In this document: positions 18,010 to 25,006 of the stretch, in pieces | How the letters are laid out: each line of letters starts with the position of its first letter | Numbering within the stretch: the first letter of the stretch is position 1 | Assembly (NCBI GenBank): GCA_020726085.1 | Contig: DYTG01000002.1 | Coordinates: forward strand, 1 to 42,136 | Length of the DNA: 42,136 nucleotides | Reading direction: 5' to 3' | DNA from: Sulfurovum sp. | GTDB taxonomy: Bacteria > Campylobacterota > Campylobacteria > Campylobacterales > Sulfurovaceae | Made by a program: the position numbers and the translations under genes | Notes under the pieces: generated by a model | The model's input: the letters and a program-made list of their open reading frames with translations, nothing else | Databases searched by the model: none | Told to the model about the DNA's origin: nothing

Positions 18010-18210
18010 CGATTGTGATACTTCCTAAATTGAAAATAAATATTTTAAAAGCAACAAGATGCCTCCTCGTGAATCAGTGAAAAAGCAGATACTTTGTAAA
18101 TGGCTTCGTCAATTAAAACTTCGTCGACTTTATGTCCATATATTTTTAATACTTCCCTTGTGTATCGCCCAGCCATAAAGAGAGCTTTGATGTCATTGAC
18201 AGAGTAATTG

Positions 18211-18750
18211 TTAAAATAGCTCTCTTTGTAAATACGATTTGGTCTCCAAATCTTTGATCCAGATTGCTCCTTGGGATAGCTCATTTTCGCCTATGACGGC
18301 ACAATAACGAGCATTTATTTTATCGGCATTTTTAAGGTGGGCTTTGAGCGATTTTGCTTCGTATTCTATCTCTACTTTGATAGTTTGTCTCTTTTGGGAG
18401 GCTATAGCAAAGAGTTTATCCATAATATTTTCTTGTACCATCGAACCCAAATAGATACCCTCTCCTTGAGATTGTGGCATTTTTACCAAATCCAAAATAC
18501 GCTCAATCCCTGGTGCGAAACCAACAGCAGGTACGCTTTTGCCATCCAAAAACTCTACCAATCTATCGTATCGCCCACCCCCTGTGATAGCCGATTGAGA
18601 GCTAATCTTATTGCTAACAAACTCAAAAGCACTCTTGTTGTAGTAATCAAGCCCTCGTACCAAATGGGTATCATTGAGAAGTTTTTTGAGTATTTCAAAA
18701 TCGCTATCGCAATTTGGACATAAGTTGTGTGTAAGTTTGGGAGAGTGCAT
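18211..18750 (-). pseudogene. hisS: 3' half of histidyl-tRNA synthetase gene (motif 3 + anticodon-binding domain only)
   Basis: The 179-aa ORF begins in the insertion domain ([16 protein letters not shown]). It then runs through [23 protein letters not shown] and [10 protein letters not shown] into the anticodon-binding domain (IYLGS...[27 protein letters not shown]). An in-frame TAA lies 4 codons upstream of the first ATG. The ~220 N-terminal residues (motifs 1 and 2) are absent, and the upstream DNA is unrelated. Confidence 0.7.
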
Positions 18751-18782
18751 TAAGAGAGTTTAACAATGCTCATTTTTGCAAT

Positions 18783-18875
18783 CTAGCACTCAGATAGGAT
18801 TGGTTTCTGCACGGCGGTTGCAATCTTCGCATAGCGTATCGTGGGGTGGAAAACTATATCTTTCATAATAGTCAT
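18783..18875 (-). pseudogene. possible truncated RelE/ParE-like toxin remnant (30 codons)
   Basis: The ATG overlaps the downstream TGA of the upstream small ORF (ATGA). It translates as MTIMKDIVFHPTIRYAKIATAVQKPILSEC and then stops. The IVFHP start resembles toxin N-termini, but the length is about one third of a normal toxin. Confidence 0.25.
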
Positions 18876-18928
18876 CGAGTGATACCCAACTCTTCTTTAA
18901 AAAACCTATCCATTTGCTTCTCGTACTC

Positions 18929-19153
18929 CTATTGGGTGAGAAATTCCCCCTCTTCGATACGCTTCTCTGCTTCATAAACCCGTCTTCGTACCTCTTCGAT
19001 ACTGCTTACTACTGCACTTTGGGGGGGGTAGTAGTTTTCGTAGTCGTACTCATCTTCAATGACCTCAATTTTATGCTCTTTGCTTAAATTGGCTATGATA
19101 GCTTGAAATTGAGCCAAAAAGCTATCTTCAATCCGTAAATTTATCGTTTGCAT
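18929..19153 (-). CDS. small acidic antitoxin-like protein; the in-frame TAG is followed by 18 more in-frame codons, so it is possibly a pseudogene
   Basis: A strong AAGGAGA RBS lies 5 nt before the ATG at 19153. It translates as MQTINLRIEDSFLAQF...EEGEFLTQ, then TAG, then in-frame EYEKQMDRFFKEELGITR ending at TGA 18872-18874. A C8 tract (G8 on the plus strand, 19021-19028) sits inside the ORF. Confidence 0.4.
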   Translation of the reverse strand: MQTINLRIEDSFLAQFQAIIANLSKEHKIEVIEDEYDYENYYPPQSAVVSSIEEVRRRVYEAEKRIEEGEFLTQ

Positions 19154-19185
19154 TGTTTTCTCCTTTGTGGTATTGTAGCCCATCT

Positions 19186-19452
19186 CTAGCAATCATCCAA
19201 AGCAATGGCGGGGCTAAAGTAGGGGTTGCTTAGTTGAAATTTGCTTAGTATTCGACTGTAGAGTACGCTGTTGCCAAAGAGATTGCCCATCATGATAAAG
19301 TGCGAGATAGTGAATTTGGTTTTGAGTTGATGGCAGATACCTATTGTCATATCTCCCAACGCCTCAAAAATAGAGTAGGCAAGGTAGTGTCTCTCAACAC
19401 CTGCAAGTCTAAAGCTCACAATAGAACCCAAAAAATTGGCATAATCAAAATC
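19186..19452 (-). pseudogene. C-terminal fragment of a hydrogenase-accessory (HydE / HypF-C-terminal-like) gene, tentative
   Basis: The reading frame is open from 19470 but has no credible start. Its C-terminus (MMGNLFGNSVLYSRILSKFQLSNPYFSPAIALDD) has the shape of the HypF/Kae1-like C-terminal segment (GGVFQN...PPNDGG). It lies downstream of the hydD remnant, as hydE does in hydABCDE operons. Confidence 0.3.
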
Positions 19453-19676
19453 GCCCTCATCATACTCTTTTTATCCAAAGAGGGAGCATGGATACAGTGG
19501 GGGTGGACGAGTTTGAAACTTTGCATCAAAGAAACATGGGTATCCAAAGGAGTTTGGCAGATATAGCAATGCTCTTGGTGATAGATACGCCCCTCAAATG
19601 TAAGCAGCTCCAAATAGCTCTCGACAACTACCCGTTTGGTGTTTTGTTTGGTCATTCTTTGGGCTGATTTTTGCAA
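19453..19676. repeat. direct repeat copy A (duplicate of recO 3' coding segment)
   Basis: 19453-19661 is identical base for base to 20258-20466 (209 bp, offset 805). The match continues with 3 mismatches to 19676 / 20481. Confidence 0.95.
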
Positions 19677-20122
19677 AAGCTTACATTGGAGTGTGAAAGC
19701 TCCGCCATGATAGCTTCGATAAAGTCATAAAATTTAGCCTTAAGTTCGTCGCTCAATCCTACGTTTACGCTTTGTATATCTTTGGGTACAATGCCTATGA
19801 TGCTCACCTGTGCCATCTTTTCAAGCAGTGAGCAGATTTCGAGCATCTCGGCTACTTCGACTTCGTGGGCGGTTTGTTTGTAGCTCCCCAATCCCAAAAG
19901 CTCTTGTGCGGGAAGATTGTAGATAGCCCCCACTTCATCGTCAATCGTAAGGGCATCAAGAATCAAAACCCTATCGTAATCTTGATAGTAGCTCATAAGT
20001 CCAAAACCCAACACGCCCCCATCCACAAGCGTCACATCGCCCTCAAAGGTGTAGTTTTGTTCAATATACTTTTGAGCATAAACCCTACACCCACTATCGC
20101 TGTTGTCATTGCTTTCCTTTAT
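19652..20122 (-). pseudogene. hydD: hydrogenase maturation endopeptidase (HyaD/HybD/HydD family) lacking its 5' end
   Basis: It translates as ...NDNSDSGCRVYAQKYIEQNYTFEGDVTLVDGGVLGFGL...RVLILDAL...QTAHEVEVAEMLEI...IIGIVPKDI...GLSDELKAKF. An in-frame TAG at 20123-20125 removes the usual MxxLVLGIG start, and there is no ATG/GTG/TTG with an RBS. The last 9 codons read into repeat copy A. Confidence 0.6.
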
Positions 20123-20178
20123 CTATGCTTCTTTATTGCTAATGTTTATTTGGTATTGTATCAAACAAATCCATTGGT

Positions 20179-20796
20179 TTACAATCCTCTTTGTATGACA
20201 CCCATAAGGTAATCAACATCACTATCATCCAAATGAATGGTACTGCCAGTCTCAAAAGCCCTCATCATACTCTTTTTATCCAAAGAGGGAGCATGGATAC
20301 AGTGGGGGTGGACGAGTTTGAAACTTTGCATCAAAGAAACATGGGTATCCAAAGGAGTTTGGCAGATATAGCAATGCTCTTGGTGATAGATACGCCCCTC
20401 AAATGTAAGCAGCTCCAAATAGCTCTCGACAACTACCCGTTTGGTGTTTTGTTTGGTCATTCTTTGAGCTGATTTGAGCAATAGATTGTAGTAAAAGCTA
20501 TCAATCTCCTCAATCTCTTTGAGATGCCTAGCCAAAGCTTGAATCCACTGATGCCACAAAAGCCATTTGGCATTGTTCCCTAGCCAATCAAAAGAGATAT
20601 GAGAGACACCACGAAGCCTGGGCATAAATCTCCCATCCTCTCCCTCGGTCTCAAAATCAATCAAAAATCCCAAAGCAATCACCGAATGCCTCGCCCCATA
20701 AAAGCGATAGTAGGTACCTATTCGATGGGAAGAAAGAACAGTGACGATGCAATCCTCATCTCGAACGGGTTGAATATGGAGAATAAAACCTTTCAT
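20179..20796 (-). CDS. recO: epsilonproteobacterial-type DNA repair protein RecO
   Basis: 205-aa ORF. The N-terminus MKGFILHIQPVRDEDCIVTVLS...YYRFYGARHS and the Cys/His cluster CYICQ...HPHCIH match short Campylobacter/Helicobacter RecO proteins as I remember them. Confidence 0.6.
   Translation of the reverse strand: MKGFILHIQPVRDEDCIVTVLSSHRIGTYYRFYGARHSVIALGFLIDFETEGEDGRFMPRLRGVSHISFDWLGNNAKWLLWHQWIQALARHLKEIEEIDSFYYNLLLKSAQRMTKQNTKRVVVESYLELLTFEGRIYHQEHCYICQTPLDTHVSLMQSFKLVHPHCIHAPSLDKKSMMRAFETGSTIHLDDSDVDYLMGVIQRGL
20258..20481. repeat. direct repeat copy B (inside intact recO)
   Basis: This is the partner of 19453-19676. It encodes recO residues ...KSAQRMTKQNTKR...DKKSMMRA. Confidence 0.95.
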
Positions 20797-20803
20797 GTAC
20801 GCC

Positions 20804-21019
20804 TCAAATCAAAAGCAATTTTAAATCACCCAAAAGTTTTTTGTGCGATAGAGTCGCACTGCAAATGCATACTCTCAATTCATAATGTTTTTTTAAATTA
20901 ATAGAACCACTTGTAAATTCCACAACCCTCTCTAATAACTGTTTTTTTATCATAGCTCTTTTTGACTTTAAAAACTCATTCATGTCCAGTTTCACCACGT
21001 TATAGTTGCCTAGTTTCAT
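20804..21019 (-). CDS. hypothetical small protein upstream of recO
   Basis: 71-aa ORF ending 7 nt before the recO start. It has no clear RBS and no recognisable motif. Confidence 0.2.
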   Translation of the reverse strand: MKLGNYNVVKLDMNEFLKSKRAMIKKQLLERVVEFTSGSINLKKHYELRVCICSATLSHKKLLGDLKLLLI

Positions 21020-21136
21020 AAATACAAGCGATACATCAAGGTAGCTCTTGTCTTTAAGAGGTGGTAAAATGAAAAAGATAAATTGGGTTAAATTATAATT
21101 TAGATACTATTAGACAATAAAAAAGGAGAAAATTGT

Positions 21137-21808
21137 ATGAACAAACAATTGCAAAAAAATATAGAAGATGTTATCCAAAAGATTGAAAAAGCACGTTTGA
21201 GTGTAAGCGGACACCATATTGTTAAGCTTGTGGGTGTGGGCAAATACTCCGATACAAACTCTATCAAAACATTGTATCAACTGGGTCAAAGAGCCTTTGG
21301 GGAAAATCAAGTACAACAACTTGAAGCTCGAAGCGTGGAGCTTGAAGCGTTGCCGTTGGAGTGGCATTTTATAGGGCGGTTGCAAAAAAATAAGATTAAT
21401 AAATTGATTGAAATTAATCCTTTTTTGATACACTCCATTGATTCACTTGAACTGGCTTTGGCAATAGAGCAACGTTTGGCTCAAAAAAATGCACAATGCA
21501 GTGCTTTGCTTCAAATTAATTCCGCCAATGAAGAGCAAAAAGCAGGAGTATCTATTGAGCAAGCCAAAGATATTTACTCGCAAATCCTCAAACAATGCCC
21601 CCATATCACGCTCAAAGGGGTGATGAGTATCGGAGCTATAGAGGCTCAATATACTCAAAAGAGCTTTGAAGCAACTTATAGCATCTATGAAACTCTCCCT
21701 CATGCAACGATTTGTTCTATGGGAATGAGTGGGGATTATGAACTAGCTATTCGATGCGGTTCAAACCTTGTGCGTGTTGGCTCTGCTCTTTTTGAGGGAG
21801 AGGCGTAA
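21137..21808 (+). CDS. yggS: YggS-family pyridoxal-phosphate homeostasis protein
   Basis: 223-aa ORF after an AAGGAG RBS, with KLVGVGKYS (PLP Lys), AFGENQVQQL, WHFIGRLQKNKI, MGMSGDYELAI and VRVGSALF. A candidate TATAAT is at 21094-21099. Confidence 0.88.
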   Translation: MNKQLQKNIEDVIQKIEKARLSVSGHHIVKLVGVGKYSDTNSIKTLYQLGQRAFGENQVQQLEARSVELEALPLEWHFIGRLQKNKINKLIEINPFLIHSIDSLELALAIEQRLAQKNAQCSALLQINSANEEQKAGVSIEQAKDIYSQILKQCPHITLKGVMSIGAIEAQYTQKSFEATYSIYETLPHATICSMGMSGDYELAIRCGSNLVRVGSALFEGEA

Positions 21809-22731
21809 TGTCACCGCAAAAAAAAGCAACCGTTGTTTCCAGTAGCGTTGCGGTTATTTTGGTTTTTGCGAAGTTGATTGTTGCTTTGCTGAGCGGTTCT
21901 GTTGCCCTTTTGGCATCGACTATTGATTCGTTGCTTGATAGTCTTGTCTCGATTTTAAACTTTTTTGCTATCAAAAAAGCCGAAGAGGATGCTTCTAGTG
22001 AGTATCAGTACGGCAAAGGCAAGGTTCAAGCCATTACAGCGGTGATAGAGGGGACGGTTATTACCATTTCGGGACTCTACATCATCTATGAATCAATCCA
22101 AAAAGCATTGCACGGCACAACCACAACAATGCTTTTGCCCTCTATTGGCGTGATGCTATTTTCTATTATCATTACCTACGCTTTGGTAAAATATCTCATA
22201 AAAGTAGCCCGTGATACGGATAATATTGTCATCAAAGCCGATGCGTTGCATTACAAAACTGATCTTTGGAGTAATGCAATTATTTTATTAGCATTGGTGC
22301 TTGTCTATGCGACAGGACTTGATATAATTGATGCTATTTTTGGTTTTTTTATAGGGTTTTACATTATCTACAGTGCCTATGAGATTATTATTAAGGGGTT
22401 TGAGATACTCCTTGATAAGGCTCTCGAAAAAGAGGTGGTTGATGGGATTGAAGCGATTTTAAGTTCGCACAAAGAGATTACAAGCCACCATTGGCTCAAA
22501 ACTCGAACCGATGGAACGACCAATTTTGTAGAGTTTCACATGGTGCTTAGACCCAATATGCTGTTGCTTGAAGCCCATAGGATTGCCGATGAGGTCGAAG
22601 AGGCGATGATGAAACTCCAAAAAAATAGACGCTGGATTATCACCCCGCACTTTGACCCCTACGATGATGAAGATATCAACGAAGCCCTGCTTCATGGCAC
22701 AAAACATAGCCTTGTCAAAAACCATGAATAG
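21808..22731 (+). CDS. cation diffusion facilitator (CDF) family metal efflux transporter
   Basis: 307-aa ORF whose ATG overlaps the yggS TAA. It has six TM segments, DSLLD in TM2, HYKTDLWSN in TM5 and a cytoplasmic C-terminal domain (HHWLKTRTDGTTNFVEFHMVL). Confidence 0.85.
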   Translation: MSPQKKATVVSSSVAVILVFAKLIVALLSGSVALLASTIDSLLDSLVSILNFFAIKKAEEDASSEYQYGKGKVQAITAVIEGTVITISGLYIIYESIQKALHGTTTTMLLPSIGVMLFSIIITYALVKYLIKVARDTDNIVIKADALHYKTDLWSNAIILLALVLVYATGLDIIDAIFGFFIGFYIIYSAYEIIIKGFEILLDKALEKEVVDGIEAILSSHKEITSHHWLKTRTDGTTNFVEFHMVLRPNMLLLEAHRIADEVEEAMMKLQKNRRWIITPHFDPYDDEDINEALLHGTKHSLVKNHE

Positions 22732-23368
22732 AGCTATCTATCTACTCTCCCCTACTCCCCATGAGGGGGTTGAAAATCTACCTATTATTGAATTTAAAAG
22801 CACAACCGATACGATAAATTTAAAAGATAGAGATACCCTAATCTTCACCTCCAAACAAGCCGTAACAACCGCCTTTTCGATTAATCCCCACATTATCGAC
22901 TACCCTACCCTCTCGATTGGTAAAGCCACGACGCAAACGCTTCTTGATTTGGGATTTGAAGTGATACACAGTGCCAAAGAGTTTTACGGTGAAGTTTTGA
23001 TAAACGATATTGTAGAGCGATTTTTTGATAAAAAACTTCTCTATTTGCGTCCTCAAGAGGTATCAAGTGATATTGCAAAAATTTCAAGAGAGATGCGTAT
23101 TGATATTGAGGAACAAATTATCTATCAAACCCAATGCAAAGCCTATTTGCCTAGCCAAAAACCACCCAAAGGCTCTATTATCATCATTACCTCTCCTTCA
23201 ACACTCAAGTGTTTTATTCAAAATTTTGGTTGGGATAGTAGCTATGTAGTGGTTGCCATTGGAGAGGTTTCAAGCCACTATTTGCCCCAAAACAGCATCT
23301 ATCACCTCGCTTCTCAACCGCTTATTGAGGCGTGTATTGCAAAAGCTTTGGAGATACAAAAGAGCTAA
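22724..23368 (+). CDS. hemD: uroporphyrinogen-III synthase
   Basis: I chose the ATG at 22724 (MNRAIYLLSPTP...), which overlaps the CDF stop by 8 nt. It has the HemD-like pattern of two half-domains (LIFTSKQAV, IIIITSPSTLKCF, VVVAIGEVS). The length of 214 aa is typical for this clade. Confidence 0.6.
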   Translation: MNRAIYLLSPTPHEGVENLPIIEFKSTTDTINLKDRDTLIFTSKQAVTTAFSINPHIIDYPTLSIGKATTQTLLDLGFEVIHSAKEFYGEVLINDIVERFFDKKLLYLRPQEVSSDIAKISREMRIDIEEQIIYQTQCKAYLPSQKPPKGSIIIITSPSTLKCFIQNFGWDSSYVVVAIGEVSSHYLPQNSIYHLASQPLIEACIAKALEIQKS

Positions 23369-23895
23369 TTTTTGATTTTGTCTTTAAATTTTTCATTGGC
23401 TTTGGCTACTTTTGGGGTGATAACTGCCATACAATAACCTTGCGTTGGATTGTGGCGATAGTAGTCTTGATGATAGGCTTCGGCTTCATAAAAAGCATCA
23501 AGTTTCTCTACAACGGTGACGATTGTATCTTCAAAATCTTTCTGTATTGCTTCGATGATGGTATGCGTTAGCTCTTGCGTTTGAGCCTCTTCAAACAAAA
23601 CCGTTGAGCGGTATTGTGTTCCTCTATCGGCTCCTTGGGCATTGAGCGTTGTGGGATTGTGCATGGCAAAAAAGATTTCCAAAAGTTCTCTGGTTGAAAC
23701 CACGCTATCGTCGTAGGTGATTTTGACAACCTCGGCATGACCCGTGTCGCCCGAACAAACAGATCGATAATCAGGGTTTGGCGTAGAGCCATTGGCATAG
23801 CCACTAACGGCATCTTCGACCCCTTCAATCCTCTCAAATACCGCTTCAAGACACCAAAAGCACCCTCCACCCAATACAAGTTGTTTGTGTGCCAT
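23365..23895 (-). CDS. msrA: peptide-methionine (S)-S-oxide reductase
   Basis: 176-aa ORF with GGGCFWCLEAVF, GHAEVVKITYD, DRGTQYRS and YHQDYY. Confidence 0.93.
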   Translation of the reverse strand: MAHKQLVLGGGCFWCLEAVFERIEGVEDAVSGYANGSTPNPDYRSVCSGDTGHAEVVKITYDDSVVSTRELLEIFFAMHNPTTLNAQGADRGTQYRSTVLFEEAQTQELTHTIIEAIQKDFEDTIVTVVEKLDAFYEAEAYHQDYYRHNPTQGYCMAVITPKVAKANEKFKDKIKN

Positions 23896-23897
23896 GA

Positions 23898-24461
23898 CTA
23901 TTTGGCCTTTTCGAGATATTTACCCTCTACTGTATCGACTTTGATCTTCTCACCAATAAGGACATGGAATGGGACTTGTACGACTGCACCGCTTTCAAGA
24001 GTGGCGGGTTTTTTGCCCCCTTGCGAATCGCCTTTGAAGTTAGGCGGTGTATCAACCACTTCAAGCACCACCGTTTGCGCTATCTCGACGGCAATAGGTG
24101 AACCGTTGTGAAACAAAATATCCGCTTCCATTCCATCAATCATATAATCAAACACCTCGCCTACTTGCTCATGCGTTAAACCGATTTGTTCGTAGCTTGT
24201 TGTGTCCATAAATTGCAAAAAATCACCATCATCGTAGAGGTATTGCATTGTTTTTTGTACCAAATTGGGAACTTCAAACTTGTCTCCCGCATGCACCGTC
24301 TTCTCAATTACTTTGCCTGTACCCAAATTTCTAATTTTCATGCGTACAAAAGCAGCACCTTTTCCTGGTTTGACGTGTTGAAATTCAATGACCTTAAAAG
24401 GGTTGCCATCAATTTCAAGTCGTACGCCTTTTTTGATATCACCCATTGATAGTGTAGCCAT
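23898..24461 (-). CDS. efp: translation elongation factor P
   Basis: 187-aa ORF with [20 protein letters not shown], the KOW/OB domain pattern and [10 protein letters not shown]. Confidence 0.95.
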   Translation of the reverse strand: MATLSMGDIKKGVRLEIDGNPFKVIEFQHVKPGKGAAFVRMKIRNLGTGKVIEKTVHAGDKFEVPNLVQKTMQYLYDDGDFLQFMDTTSYEQIGLTHEQVGEVFDYMIDGMEADILFHNGSPIAVEIAQTVVLEVVDTPPNFKGDSQGGKKPATLESGAVVQVPFHVLIGEKIKVDTVEGKYLEKAK

Positions 24462-24499
24462 AGTAGCTCCTCTAATTTTTGCGTCATTATACCCAAAGG

Positions 24500-25006
24500 C
24501 TATTTAGGCTCTAGTAAATAGCGTGCAACTTTGTGGAATTTTTTGTTTTTTTTCTCAACACCCTCTTTTTCAAATGCCAATTCAATAGTGTTTTGATTGA
24601 TGGGGTTAAATGCAATCAGATAATAACTGCTCCACGAATTGAGCATGGGAATAGTGAGCAAGAGTTTATTGCTGTTCTCAACTTTTTTTATCGCAATGGG
24701 TGATTGATTATTGAGCGTGATATTAAGATCTTCAAAGGTGGCGTTTGTATCACCAAAAAAGATACCCACAACAAATCTCTCACTTATCCCTTTGTTGCTG
24801 TTTTTGGCACCATAAGCCAATGATTGTTTCTCTAGGAGATAAGTAGCACTAATTAATGTATCTACTTCACCCTCTTTTAGGAGTGCAATTTGTTTGGTTT
24901 GTTGCAAAGCGGCAAAGGTGGCTTTGTGGGTCTTAAAGCGATCAATGGTTTTGTTGTGACATCCCATTAGGAACAAGAGGGTTAAGATAAAGAGTAATGG
25001 CTTCAA
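24500..25006 (-). CDS. lipoprotein of unknown function
   Basis: I chose the TTG at 25006, which overlaps the TGA of the upstream GGDEF-EAL gene (cTTGAag). This gives [16 protein letters not shown] with the lipobox LMGC. The longer track ORF (to 25102) would run inside the upstream gene. Confidence 0.55.
   Translation of the reverse strand: MKPLLFILTLLFLMGCHNKTIDRFKTHKATFAALQQTKQIALLKEGEVDTLISATYLLEKQSLAYGAKNSNKGISERFVVGIFFGDTNATFEDLNITLNNQSPIAIKKVENSNKLLLTIPMLNSWSSYYLIAFNPINQNTIELAFEKEGVEKKNKKFHKVARYLLEPK

Noticed and set aside
18045-18284. 79-aa minus-strand ORF overlapping the 3' end of the hisS fragment
   Set aside because: The first 25 codons are out-of-frame hisS sequence. The remaining 43 codons (from Met at 18176) have no RBS or recognisable family. 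It may be another fragment, but I cannot support a call.
19416-19676. 86-aa ORF resembling the RecO C-terminus
   Set aside because: It is simply the translation of repeat copy A, running out into unrelated sequence (…MMRAILIMPIFWVLL). It has no N-terminal RecO domain and no RBS. I treated it as part of the repeat, not as a gene.
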